64,000 nt of DNA from an uncultured Mucilaginibacter sp. (GTDB lineage: Bacteria > Bacteroidota > Bacteroidia > Sphingobacteriales > Sphingobacteriaceae). The translations under genes were made by a program, and so were the position numbers. The notes below the pieces were generated by a model. The model was not told the DNA's origin. It worked only from the letters and a program-made list of their open reading frames with translations, and ran no database searches. The stretch spans positions 55 to 64,054 of the forward strand of contig CAZZUU010000001.1 of NCBI GenBank assembly GCA_964657275.1, written 5' to 3'. Shown one piece after another: positions 29,498 through 39,281 of the stretch. How positions within the stretch are numbered: position 1 is the first letter of the stretch; each line of letters starts with the position of its first letter.

Positions 29498-30217
29498 ATG
29501 AAGATTCCGACAATAACAGGAATAATAGACAGGCGTATATTGGTTAATTATGCAATTGATCCGGCGGTTGCAAAAACTATTATACCATCGCCCTTTATGC
29601 CTAAAATTATTAATGGAAAGGCAATAGCAGGAATATGCCTGATAAGGCTAAAAGATGTGAGGCCCAAAGGCTTACCCGCCTTTATAGGATTTGGTTCGGA
29701 AAACGGGGCCCACCGGATTGCCGTTGAATGGACAGAGGGTGATCAGCTTATGGAAGGCGTTTACATTCCGCGCAGAGATACTTCATCTAAACTCAATACT
29801 TTATTGGGAGGAAGACTGTTTCCCGGAAGGCATTATCATGCAAAGTTTGACGTTAATGAAAATGACGGCAACTATTACGTGGCCTTTAAAAGTTCTGACG
29901 GCACCGTAATAAGCGTTGATGCCCGACTAACCAATTCATTTAATCCAAATTCCGTCTTTAAAGACCTATCAGCGGCTTCTGATTTTTTTAAGGCTGGCTC
30001 TACAGGATATTCTCCTAACGGACACCGATATGAAGGCTTATCACTTCATACTGATCAATGGCTTGTTAAGCCGCTTGAGGTAAGCAATGTGGTATCAAGT
30101 TATTTTGAGGATGAACGGATATTCCCCAAAGGGTCTGTTCAATTTGATAATGCTTTGCTAATGACAAATATATCACATGAATGGTCGTCCGTTGGCGATA
30201 AACCAGTTTGTTGTTAG
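29498..30217 (+). CDS. DUF2071 domain-containing protein
   Basis: RRILVNY, AGICLIRL, SENGAHRIAVEW..EGVYIPRRDT motifs. Confidence 0.7.
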   Translation: MKIPTITGIIDRRILVNYAIDPAVAKTIIPSPFMPKIINGKAIAGICLIRLKDVRPKGLPAFIGFGSENGAHRIAVEWTEGDQLMEGVYIPRRDTSSKLNTLLGGRLFPGRHYHAKFDVNENDGNYYVAFKSSDGTVISVDARLTNSFNPNSVFKDLSAASDFFKAGSTGYSPNGHRYEGLSLHTDQWLVKPLEVSNVVSSYFEDERIFPKGSVQFDNALLMTNISHEWSSVGDKPVCC

Positions 30218-30218
30218 G

Positions 30219-30413
30219 TTATGCCTTTGATTGTGCCTTTTGAACAACGCGTTCAACGGTATCTTCGGCATATTTCTTTGCCTGGTCAAACCACTCCGGC
30301 CCGTTTTCAGTAATATCATCAAGGATCGATTTGCCATCAGGGCCTTTTTTTGTAATATAATTAATGCCGTACCCAACTGCGGCACCAACAACTATAAATT
30401 TTAATAAGCTCAT
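30219..30413 (-). CDS. Small YtxH-like protein
   Basis: 64 aa, N-terminal hydrophobic VVGAAVGYG followed by a charged helix. Confidence 0.6.
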   Translation of the reverse strand: MSLLKFIVVGAAVGYGINYITKKGPDGKSILDDITENGPEWFDQAKKYAEDTVERVVQKAQSKA

Positions 30414-30474
30414 AATTCTATTTTTGATTGAACGCTGTTTGTTAATTTATATTTTCTAAAATAATACCAATATA

Positions 30475-30828
30475 TCAGGCATATTCTTTTACCACCTTTA
30501 ACAAGTCATCCGCATTAAAAGGCTTGCATAAATAATCATCCGCTTTACATTCTTTGGCTATTACCTCAAGATTGTCAGCTCCTGAAACCAAAATTACCGG
30601 GATTTTAGTAGTAACAGGATTTGCCTTTAAATCCTTACATAAAAGATGCCCATAGCCGTCAGATAACCGCACATCGAGCAATATCATATCCGGGCCAAAT
30701 TCTATAATGTATTCTAATGGCTCGTAATGGTTAATGCCAATAACAAAATAACCTTCCGATTCAAGAAACATCTCTATAAGCTCGAGGATGGCTTTTTCGT
30801 CCTCCAATACCAAGATCCTTTTTTCCAT
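30475..30828 (-). CDS. Single-domain response regulator (receiver)
   Basis: ILVLEDE, DMILLD phospho-acceptor, SG, YLCKPF. Confidence 0.93.
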   Translation of the reverse strand: MEKRILVLEDEKAILELIEMFLESEGYFVIGINHYEPLEYIIEFGPDMILLDVRLSDGYGHLLCKDLKANPVTTKIPVILVSGADNLEVIAKECKADDYLCKPFNADDLLKVVKEYA

Positions 30829-31209
30829 AATAACTACGTAACAGCTAACATAACAGGTAAATAAACTTTTTAATAAGGTGATTGTTTTTAAATTTCTAAA
30901 ATCGGGAAAACAAAACCCTAAAAATCAGCAGTTTATCAGTAGGGGGTTAATCTTTAAGAAATACGCAGGGTTTAAAAATCACCATTGTAAGTCTAAAACG
31001 GAACTCAATCAGCAAAATAAACCTTCGGGGAGCAATAGAAATAAAGTTTGTAAAACAAATTTAGCGATTGTAAATCACTTAATTACTACAAATTGTTATT
31101 ATATAGTCGCAGATAAGGAAAAGATAATAGTATACCGGTGTACCTGCACTTATTTTTCTATACGATCATAGATTTTAATTTATAATTAACAGCCGGTTAA
31201 AAAGTTCGG

Positions 31210-31827
31210 TTATTCGTTTGCGGGAGTGATCTTTATATTTTTCCAATCACCATCCGAGCCATTTCCTACCCAGTAACCAAGCATTTTGCCTTTTAAAGGC
31301 AATAAGGACATAATCGAAAGTGATGGTTTTGGATTATTATTGATGTACACGGTGACTGTTTTAGCCGATATCTCAATGCGTACATGAAACCATTCATTTG
31401 GGTTTGGTACAGGAGATACCGGCTGTTCATATTTGTTAGGGAATTGTGAGCGTAATACCGGCCAATCATATTTGGGTAAAGCTATATATTGCACAGCGTG
31501 CCCCTTCTTTTCCGGGTCATTGGATTGAAAGTTAAATGGGCGGAAATACACAGATTCATACGTGGAGTCATTTTGCCCGTGAAATGCGATGCCGACAAAG
31601 CTGGCCTGAGGCTTATTTTTCCCTTTTATATCGAATTCAATAATACCATAGGTAAAGTGCTTGCCGCTCAGCCATGCAACTCCGGCACCCGGCGCTTCAT
31701 TTAGGTGCACCGCACTTTCTGCCGGCCCGACGGTTTGCTGCCTGTTAATAACCTTGTATTTCTGACTGTAGCAAGTTAAAGCCGACAAAACTATTAAGGC
31801 AAAATTTAAAGCAATCGATTTTTTCAT
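31210..31827 (-). CDS. Secreted hypothetical protein, DUF1080/concanavalin-like fold
   Basis: Signal peptide; IEFDIKG, FVGIAF, YFRPFNF, WFHVRIE..VTVYIN motifs. Confidence 0.65.
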   Translation of the reverse strand: MKKSIALNFALIVLSALTCYSQKYKVINRQQTVGPAESAVHLNEAPGAGVAWLSGKHFTYGIIEFDIKGKNKPQASFVGIAFHGQNDSTYESVYFRPFNFQSNDPEKKGHAVQYIALPKYDWPVLRSQFPNKYEQPVSPVPNPNEWFHVRIEISAKTVTVYINNNPKPSLSIMSLLPLKGKMLGYWVGNGSDGDWKNIKITPANE

Positions 31828-31906
31828 AATTTGGTTTATATCGTCTGCGCAATAGCCGGGCCATTTTGCAAGTTGCTAAATCACAAATAATTATATAAAA
31901 TCAGGT

Positions 31907-31954
31907 CGTTCGCATCTGATACAAGACGTTCGCATCCGAACATTCTTGTATCAG
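31907..31954. promoter_or_regulatory. Hairpin (ctgatacaaga/tcttgtatcag) overlapping the direct repeat CGTTCGCATC x2; terminator and/or regulator site
   Basis: Perfect 11-bp arms spanning 31916-31954, 11 nt after the GH28 stop; direct repeats at 31907 and 31927. Confidence 0.5.
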
Positions 31955-31965
31955 CTAATAAACAT

Positions 31966-33597
31966 TTAATGCTGAATTGTATTTGTTGGTGGCGGATCGG
32001 GGATCGCCGGTAAGGGGGATTCTTTCCGGATCTTATTTTTAGGGACTGATGAGTCAGGAGATATCTTCAGGTCATCAACCTTGCGTTGAATAATAACGGG
32101 GACACCATCAGTTGTTTGTGCCTTAAAATTATTAAAGCTGATCTTTTGTACATCCTCCAAAATAACCGCCGGGCGGGTTTCAGTTCCCAAAAAACTAATG
32201 CTCACATTGTTCATTTCAATATTTTTTGCATGACGCACAAAAAACCCATAGGCAGGCATTACCCCAAACCGCTGCGGCTCGGGATAATCTTTTACGTATT
32301 CAGGGACTATTTTTTGAATTTTTGAAAGCGGCGAATCGATCTGCCGGTAATAAATGCTAACGTTATCTAATTTAACGTCTTCCACATCATGGCCGGGCAG
32401 CCCAGCAATAATGGATGAAAAATGCGCATCGGCGTTGTAGGCAATTACATTACTGATATTTACTCTGCGGATAAACCCAATATCCGTTCCGGCAGGCCCG
32501 CGCATCCGGGCGCCGACACGTAAAAATAAGGGAGAATTTACCACGTCCCGCATGGTAATGTTGCTTATCGCGATATCCTCTATTGATCCGCCGTCAACCG
32601 TTTCCAATGCCAGCCCACGGCAAAACCGGAACGTACAATTGGTTATAACAATATCCTTAAAGCCGCCATTACTTTCTGTCCCCAATTTTATCCGCCCTGT
32701 GGGGCCCTGGTGGTCGGGCACCACTTTGTATTCGCTGCGCAGGTAAGTGCCATTAATAAAAGTTCCCCGGTCAAACCCACTTACCTGGCAATTGCTAATG
32801 GTCACATTTTCTGTCGCCCGGAGGTAACCAAGGGCGTAAGAGCTTTTTAAACAAATGCCATCGTCCCACGGCGAATTTATGGAACAGTTTGAAATATGCA
32901 CGTTACGGCAGCAATCAATATCCATCCCGTCGCGGTTAGTATCCATTTTAATGTTATCGATGGTAAAATTATCAACGCCCGTAGCCATTATACCCATGTG
33001 GCCGCCGTAAAGGATGGTGAAGTCTTTTAATATAACATTCCGGCAAAGCTTCAGCGCGATACTTTTGTCTCCCTCGCCTGCTCTGCCCGGCGTGCCGCGG
33101 GCAAGTCCTTTCCCGTAAATTGTACCCGGCCCCATAATAGAAATATTTTCGAGGTTATCGCCCCAGATCAGGCTGTTGTGCCAGTGGCTGTGACCGAAAT
33201 CCTGGTATTTAAATTTTTCGCCCCACTCATTTGGTTCGGCATCGTCATATCCCGGTTCGCCTGCGTGCGAATCTGCAGCAAGAATAGTAGCTCCCTGGTC
33301 AATAAACAGGCAAATGTTGCTTTTTAACCGTATGGAATAGGTTAAATAAGTGCCTGCAGAAAGGTAGACAGTTCCCCCGCCTGCCGCTGCCGCCGCATCT
33401 ATTGCTTTGTTTATTGATGCGCCATCATTGGTTTTACCGTCTCCGTTTGCACCGAAATCCCTCACATAATAAATCCTGCCGCCGGCTGATTGCGCGTTAA
33501 CTGTTGTCAGCGCAAATATCAGGACCAGCATGAGCAGATAACAAAACCAGGAAGCGACAAGTAAGCAGAAATTTGCTAATGGTTGTTTTTTTATCAT
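31966..33597 (-). CDS. GH28 polygalacturonase/rhamnogalacturonase family protein
   Basis: FGANGDGKT, NRDGMDID, WDDGICLKS, RIKLGTES parallel beta-helix motifs. Confidence 0.92.
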   Translation of the reverse strand: MIKKQPLANFCLLVASWFCYLLMLVLIFALTTVNAQSAGGRIYYVRDFGANGDGKTNDGASINKAIDAAAAAGGGTVYLSAGTYLTYSIRLKSNICLFIDQGATILAADSHAGEPGYDDAEPNEWGEKFKYQDFGHSHWHNSLIWGDNLENISIMGPGTIYGKGLARGTPGRAGEGDKSIALKLCRNVILKDFTILYGGHMGIMATGVDNFTIDNIKMDTNRDGMDIDCCRNVHISNCSINSPWDDGICLKSSYALGYLRATENVTISNCQVSGFDRGTFINGTYLRSEYKVVPDHQGPTGRIKLGTESNGGFKDIVITNCTFRFCRGLALETVDGGSIEDIAISNITMRDVVNSPLFLRVGARMRGPAGTDIGFIRRVNISNVIAYNADAHFSSIIAGLPGHDVEDVKLDNVSIYYRQIDSPLSKIQKIVPEYVKDYPEPQRFGVMPAYGFFVRHAKNIEMNNVSISFLGTETRPAVILEDVQKISFNNFKAQTTDGVPVIIQRKVDDLKISPDSSVPKNKIRKESPLPAIPDPPPTNTIQH

Positions 33598-33736
33598 CGG
33601 TTTACCGTTAATGTATTAGTTCAAGACAACGCGAACCGGGTGATGGACGCGGTTCAATAATCTGAGATTCTAAAAATGGTCGGTTTAAATTGGAAATATC
33701 GTAATGATTAAAAATATGGTTCTTGCTTATTTCCGG

Positions 33737-33753
33737 CATCCTGTGCTATCCTG
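33737..33753 (-). promoter_or_regulatory. Candidate GntR operator site 1 (GH28 promoter)
   Basis: catcctgtgctatcctg matches the shared 17-bp motif. Confidence 0.6.
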
Positions 33754-33805
33754 TAAGGATGGCAAAATCATTCTGTAGCTTCCCACAGTTCCCTCACCAT
33801 TGCTC

Positions 33806-33822
33806 CATAACAGTACAGGACG
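33806..33822 (+). promoter_or_regulatory. Candidate GntR operator site 2 (serine hydrolase promoter)
   Basis: Reverse complement cgtcctgtactgttatg matches the motif with one mismatch. Confidence 0.5.
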
Positions 33823-33878
33823 GTATCGCTTGTCAATTAGCAGATATTAGTATTCAATTATAACCTGTTTTTTAAATA

Positions 33879-35207
33879 ATGAAGTATTGGAATCAACCGG
33901 GTATGCCGGGGTCAGGCATATCATTTTCGTGTGAGACATCTGAAAGGCTCAAATTTCTCTTATCCCTTATTTTTATTGCCGCGTGTAATATTTTATTGGC
34001 GCAAGGCCTTCAAAAATCACTGCCGCAACAACAAGGCATTTCAGCCCCGAGGCTAAGCCGTATCGATACGGTTATGAATGATTATATCAACCAAAAGAAA
34101 ATGCCCGGCATGGTAACGCTTATAGCGCGGCACGGGAAAGTGGTTTATTGCAAAGCCTTTGGTTTGATGGATATAGAAACAAATAAAAAAATGACAACCG
34201 ATGCCATATTTCGTATTGCCTCCATGTCGAAAGCCATAACATCTGTAGCAGTGATGATGCTGTATGAACAAGGCCATTTCCTGTTAAACGATCCTATCTC
34301 AAAATATATTCCCGAATTTAAGAATCCAAAGGTTGTTGTGAAATCGCCTACATCCGATAGTATTATGTTGATACCTGCCCAAAGCGAGATAACCATCCGC
34401 GAGTTGTTAAACCACACATCAGGAATAACCTACGGCGATAGCTTACAGGCTCCTTATTATAAACAAGCCGGTATGACGGTAGGGTTATTGCCGACCCAGG
34501 GAACGCTAAAAGAAAAAATAACGGCACTGGCAAAACTGCCGTTAATAGTCCAGCCTGGTACTGCGTTCCGATATGGCATGTCGGTAGATGTGCTTGGGTA
34601 TTTGGTTGAAGTGATAAGTCATATCTCGTTAGACGAATATTTAAGGAAAAATATTTTTGACCCCTTGAAAATGACCGATACTTATTTTAGTCTACCGAAA
34701 GAGAAGTTTTCCAGGTTATCATCCCTTTACAGGATGAACGGGGATAGTAAGCTCGAAAAAGTCACCAAGTACTTCCCCTATCCTGCTAAGCAAACTTATT
34801 TTTCAGGGGGTGCGGGCCTGGTATCAACAGCAGCCGACTACTCAAGGTTCGCGCAAATGTTATTAAATAAAGGCGAGCTGGATGGTGTGCGATTGCTTGG
34901 CCGTAAAACGGTTGAGCTGATGACTTCGAACTCGATAGGCCCGCTGTTTATTTTTAACCCCTTTAAACATAATGGCATAATGGGCGACAAATTTGGATAC
35001 GGATTTGGCATACGCACCGAGCGCGGCACATACGATGAACTGGAATCACTTGGTGCGTTCGGTTGGGACGGCGCTTTTTACACCCGTTTTTGGGTCGACC
35101 CGAAAGAAGATATAATAGCAATATTTATGTCACAAATGGACAATTACTGGGATGAAAACCTTATAGGCAAATTCAAGGTATTGGTTAACCAGGCAATCGT
35201 TAATTGA
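33879..35207 (+). CDS. Serine hydrolase, beta-lactamase class C/EstB-like family
   Basis: FRIASMSK (SXXK), LLNHTSG, PGTAFRY, GGAGL, FGWDG. Confidence 0.9.
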   Translation: MKYWNQPGMPGSGISFSCETSERLKFLLSLIFIAACNILLAQGLQKSLPQQQGISAPRLSRIDTVMNDYINQKKMPGMVTLIARHGKVVYCKAFGLMDIETNKKMTTDAIFRIASMSKAITSVAVMMLYEQGHFLLNDPISKYIPEFKNPKVVVKSPTSDSIMLIPAQSEITIRELLNHTSGITYGDSLQAPYYKQAGMTVGLLPTQGTLKEKITALAKLPLIVQPGTAFRYGMSVDVLGYLVEVISHISLDEYLRKNIFDPLKMTDTYFSLPKEKFSRLSSLYRMNGDSKLEKVTKYFPYPAKQTYFSGGAGLVSTAADYSRFAQMLLNKGELDGVRLLGRKTVELMTSNSIGPLFIFNPFKHNGIMGDKFGYGFGIRTERGTYDELESLGAFGWDGAFYTRFWVDPKEDIIAIFMSQMDNYWDENLIGKFKVLVNQAIVN

Positions 35208-35218
35208 TGAAAGCCGGC

Positions 35219-35788
35219 TTAGCCAACGATAAAAACTGTCATGCTTCTTGCCCCATGCGCGCCTAACACCAGCGATTGCTCAATGTCGGCTGTTTTTGAT
35301 GGGCCGGCAATAAATAAACCGAACCCGTACTCATCATCACCTATTTTTTGATAGGCCTCGTGCATGGTTGGCAATATTTGCGATACACCGATCACCACGG
35401 CAAGATGCTGTGCTATAAACGGCAGAACCCGGTTACCCATTTGTGCTTCCGTAAGCCAAATGGCCCCATTTTCGGCAACTGCAAATTGGGCCTCTAACAA
35501 AGCAAGGTCTGTATCTTCAAGCGCATGTGAGTCGTGAGGCATATCGGTTTTGCTCAAGTTTAACCCGCCTACTTTATTAATGATCCTGCCCTTATATTGC
35601 GCAGCCACTATTTCCGTAATGTCTTCTTTTATGGGTACATAATAAACCTTGCCGCCTATCGCGTTAAGCACGATACTGAACTTTTGCACAAGCGCGGTTT
35701 CATCGCCTGTAAACTGCGCAATATCCGGCAACGGCAAAAGATCAGGCTGATTGGCTGAAACCGCTTTTAGTATAAACTCCCTGCTCAT
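35219..35788 (-). CDS. lutC: L-lactate utilization protein LutC/YkgG (LUD domain)
   Basis: VAENGA, IAGPSKTADIEQSLVLGAHG; operon with lutAB. Confidence 0.9.
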   Translation of the reverse strand: MSREFILKAVSANQPDLLPLPDIAQFTGDETALVQKFSIVLNAIGGKVYYVPIKEDITEIVAAQYKGRIINKVGGLNLSKTDMPHDSHALEDTDLALLEAQFAVAENGAIWLTEAQMGNRVLPFIAQHLAVVIGVSQILPTMHEAYQKIGDDEYGFGLFIAGPSKTADIEQSLVLGAHGARSMTVFIVG

Positions 35789-37176
35789 CCTTTTTTATCT
35801 CCTTCCCGGTTATTTTTATACCATTCCCCAAATGATTCTTCAGGCACTTTCGGCATATCCCTATGTTTATACCATGGATTTAGTTGATTGTTCATCGCAA
35901 AGGGCGCGTACTTTAAAGTCAATCTTGCCATTTTTCCTGCAGCATGATAAAGCCCCGGCGACGCCAGTGTTTTGGCCATTACCTCCATACTTATCTTTTT
36001 CGCAGTTGGGGCATATCCTTCCTTTACAATCACCTGCCGCCATTTATATAACTGATCGTGTATGTCAATCTTAACCGGGCAAACATTGGTACACGACCCG
36101 CAAAGCGTTGATGCAAACGGCAAGTCGGCATACTTACGCATATCAAGGTTTGGCGCCAATATAGAACCAATTGGCCCGCTGATAGCGTAATGATAACTAT
36201 GTCCTCCGCTGCGCCGGTAAACCGGGCAGGTGTTCATGCAGGCGCCGCAACGGATGCACTTTAACGAGTTCCGGAAATCCGGCCGCCCCAGTTGTGTGCT
36301 TCTGCCGTTGTCCACTAAAATGATATGCATCTGCTGATTGGGACGTGGTTTGCAAAAATGACTGGAATAGGTGGTGATAGGCTGACCCGTGGCGCTACGG
36401 GTAAGCAGCCTTAAAAAAACTGACAGGTGCTTTCGTTGCGGGATGATCTTCTCGATACCCATACTGGCGATATGAACATCCGCCAGATGAGCGCCCATAT
36501 CGGCATTGCCTTCATTGGTACACACCACAAACTCGCCGGTTTCGGCAACTGCAAAATTTATCCCCGTAAGGGCCGCTTTCCGGGTTAAAAAGGTTTCGCG
36601 TAAATGCACACGGGCTGTTTCTGTAAGCACCTGTGGGTCTGCCATGCCTTTCGGTGTACCCAAATGCTGGTGAAACAGCTCGCCTATTTCTTCTTTCTTT
36701 TTATGGATGCAGGGCAATACAATATGGCTTGGCGGTTCTTTTGCTAATTGAACAATACGTTCGCCCAGGTCCGAATCAATCACATCTATGCCATGTTCGG
36801 CCAGGTATTCGTTGAGCCCGCACTCTTCGGTAAGCATCGATTTACTTTTAACCATGCGCGTAACCTGGTGCTTATTTAGTATTTCATGTACAATCCGGTT
36901 GTGTTCGGCGGCATCGGCGGCCCAATGAACCTTTATACCGTTGGCTGTGGCCTTTGCCTCAAATTGCTCAAGGTAATTGCCCAGGTTGCTTAATACATGG
37001 TTTTTGATTTGTGATGCGGCTTCGCGCAGTGCCTCCCATTCAGGCAATTGGTTTACCGTTTTGTCGCGTTTTTGCCTTATCCACCAAAGGGTTTCATCGT
37101 GCCAGTTAACCCTGTCCTCATCCAGGTTAAATGTGTCGGAAAGTTCTGCATGATCTTTTTTTGCCTGCTCACTCAT
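35785..37176 (-). CDS. lutB: L-lactate utilization iron-sulfur protein LutB/YkgF
   Basis: KSKSMLTEE, PPSHIVLP, CIRCGACMNTCPVY, STLCGSCTNVCPVKID. Confidence 0.95.
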   Translation of the reverse strand: MSEQAKKDHAELSDTFNLDEDRVNWHDETLWWIRQKRDKTVNQLPEWEALREAASQIKNHVLSNLGNYLEQFEAKATANGIKVHWAADAAEHNRIVHEILNKHQVTRMVKSKSMLTEECGLNEYLAEHGIDVIDSDLGERIVQLAKEPPSHIVLPCIHKKKEEIGELFHQHLGTPKGMADPQVLTETARVHLRETFLTRKAALTGINFAVAETGEFVVCTNEGNADMGAHLADVHIASMGIEKIIPQRKHLSVFLRLLTRSATGQPITTYSSHFCKPRPNQQMHIILVDNGRSTQLGRPDFRNSLKCIRCGACMNTCPVYRRSGGHSYHYAISGPIGSILAPNLDMRKYADLPFASTLCGSCTNVCPVKIDIHDQLYKWRQVIVKEGYAPTAKKISMEVMAKTLASPGLYHAAGKMARLTLKYAPFAMNNQLNPWYKHRDMPKVPEESFGEWYKNNREGDKKG

Positions 37177-37906
37177 AGCTATTCAATATCTCCGCAATAT
37201 GTATCACTTTTGTCGTGCTTCCCTGCCTGTTTAAAATCCCTTCCATATGCATCAGGCACGACATATCTGCACTGGTAATATACTCCGCTCCATGCGCTAA
37301 ATGATCCGCCACCCTGTCTTTACCCATTTTTGAGGATACCGCTTCTTCCGATACGCAAAAAGTACCCCCAAACCCGCAGCACTCGTCAACCCTGCTTAAG
37401 GGTACCAGGTCTATGTCTTGAACCATTTCCAGCAGACTACCCGGCTTGGAATAATATGGTGCTACCAATTCGCTCATTTGCGACAACATTAATCCGCGCA
37501 GGCCATGACAGCTTTGATGTACACCCACTTTATGCGGAAACCTTGCCGGCAACGACTCAACCTTTAAAACATCTGTTAAAAAGGAGGTCAGTTCCCAAAT
37601 GTTACTCCGGATGGCTGATGCTTCGGTTTCATGGCCCGCATCATGCAAATGCTCGCGGATGTGCATTACGCAGCTTCCCGAGGGCGAAACAATGTGATCA
37701 TAGCCGGAGAAGTTTTTGACAAACAGCGCGTCGCACCCTTTTGACAAGTGCTCAAAGCCCGAGTTTGCCATCGGCTGCCCGCAGCAAGTTTGGTTAGGCG
37801 GATAATCTACCTCTACTCCCAGCTTTTCCAGCAGTTGCAAGGTTGCAATAGCTGCCCGCGGATAAAACTGATCTATATAACAGGGTATAAATAAACCAAC
37901 CCTCAT
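37169..37906 (-). CDS. lutA: L-lactate utilization protein LutA/YkgE (CCG domains)
   Basis: QTCCGQP, SGSC, HQSCH, ECCGFGGTF, DMSCLMH. Confidence 0.95.
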   Translation of the reverse strand: MRVGLFIPCYIDQFYPRAAIATLQLLEKLGVEVDYPPNQTCCGQPMANSGFEHLSKGCDALFVKNFSGYDHIVSPSGSCVMHIREHLHDAGHETEASAIRSNIWELTSFLTDVLKVESLPARFPHKVGVHQSCHGLRGLMLSQMSELVAPYYSKPGSLLEMVQDIDLVPLSRVDECCGFGGTFCVSEEAVSSKMGKDRVADHLAHGAEYITSADMSCLMHMEGILNRQGSTTKVIHIAEILNSYE

Positions 37907-37911
37907 ACTTT

Positions 37912-39279
37912 TTAAATTAATTGATTAACTGCGTAATAATTCAGCTCTATAAGGTTCGCCGGTAAAACATGGCTGTTCCATTGTTTATGAATGGCCAGTG
38001 CTGCACCAAGCGCTGTTGCCTGGGGCATGGATGCCGCAAACACTTCCATTTCGGCAAATTTAGCTGCTAGCATGTTCATATAAACCGAATTTTTACTGAA
38101 CCCACCATCAACAAAGATGCGCTTTACCGGCGTATTATTCAGTACCATGCCGGATGACACCGCTTGTTGTTGTACCAAATCGTAAATTAGGTGATGATAA
38201 GCCTCGATAGCCGAGTCATGATGTGATAGATCCGTCATTTCAAATGGGGTCAGCTCATTTTTATCGTCAAGCATAAACGGGTTTGCCTTCAATAGCCGGA
38301 CGTATTCGTGATTATATGCTGCATTTTTAAAATTTATCGTGTCTTCATTAAAAAACTCTTCGATACGCTTTGTTTGCTTTTCGTGCTCATGACCGGAAAA
38401 CAGTCTGGATGCCTTAACGGGATTACCATTATAATCCATATAACAAAGACAATCGTTTTTTAATTCATCGGCCGTTAACGGCGAATGATTAAACGGATTT
38501 AAACTGATACACCACGTGCCGGTAGACAAAAGCATAAAAGGCTCATGGAAATTAGCCAGGTAGGGAATAAGCGCAGCAGAGCTATCATGCAAGCCGATAC
38601 CCGCAATTACATTGTGTCCCGCATAGGTTAATGGAACAATATGGTCTACCGGGGTGATGGGCGGAAACTTAGCAGTCAACTGTTCATTGTCAACCCAGCT
38701 ATGATATTGGTCTCGGTCAAAATCCCACAAATTGGTATGGCAGCCTATGCTGGTAATATCTGTAAACGCTTTTCCCGTTAGCGCGTAGCTCATGTACTGG
38801 GGCAGGTGCAGCGCATACTTAATCTGCTCAAACAGCTTTTCGTTTTGTTTTTTGATACGATATAGCTGCATGCCCGAATTAAGGTTACCTAAAACAGGCG
38901 AGGCCGTTTCACGTGCGAGTTTGGTTTCGCCGCCGTATTGATTGTAAAAGGCAGTCTGCAGGTCGTGAGGATATGGTTTCAGGTAATTATAAAGCGGGGC
39001 AACCGGTTCGCCGTTTTCGCCTATATATACAAAGCTGGCGCCATAAGTTGAAAAATTGATCGCTTTTATATCCCAGTCACTGTTCCGGTAAACTTCGTTT
39101 AACGAATCAAATAGCGATGTCCGTAAGGCCTCCACATTTTCGCAGGGGAAGCCATCTTCGTCAGTTGTTTCTATAAACCGCGCCGATTTCTCGTACACAA
39201 TTTTATAATCCTCGTTAAAAAGAAATAGCTTTTTATTGGTTTTACCTACGTCAAATATCGCTATAACCGGTGTCGGCAT
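37912..39279 (-). CDS. FGGY family sugar kinase, probable rhamnulokinase
   Basis: IFDVGKTNKK, GLHDSSA, STGTW, DGGFSKN; lies between rhaI and lutA. Confidence 0.85.
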   Translation of the reverse strand: MPTPVIAIFDVGKTNKKLFLFNEDYKIVYEKSARFIETTDEDGFPCENVEALRTSLFDSLNEVYRNSDWDIKAINFSTYGASFVYIGENGEPVAPLYNYLKPYPHDLQTAFYNQYGGETKLARETASPVLGNLNSGMQLYRIKKQNEKLFEQIKYALHLPQYMSYALTGKAFTDITSIGCHTNLWDFDRDQYHSWVDNEQLTAKFPPITPVDHIVPLTYAGHNVIAGIGLHDSSAALIPYLANFHEPFMLLSTGTWCISLNPFNHSPLTADELKNDCLCYMDYNGNPVKASRLFSGHEHEKQTKRIEEFFNEDTINFKNAAYNHEYVRLLKANPFMLDDKNELTPFEMTDLSHHDSAIEAYHHLIYDLVQQQAVSSGMVLNNTPVKRIFVDGGFSKNSVYMNMLAAKFAEMEVFAASMPQATALGAALAIHKQWNSHVLPANLIELNYYAVNQLI

Positions 39280-39281
39280 AA

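Noticed and set aside
30878-31171. 97-aa ORF on the + strand in an AT-rich gap
   Set aside because: GTG start, K/N-rich low-complexity translation, no motif; more likely the promoter region of the response regulator
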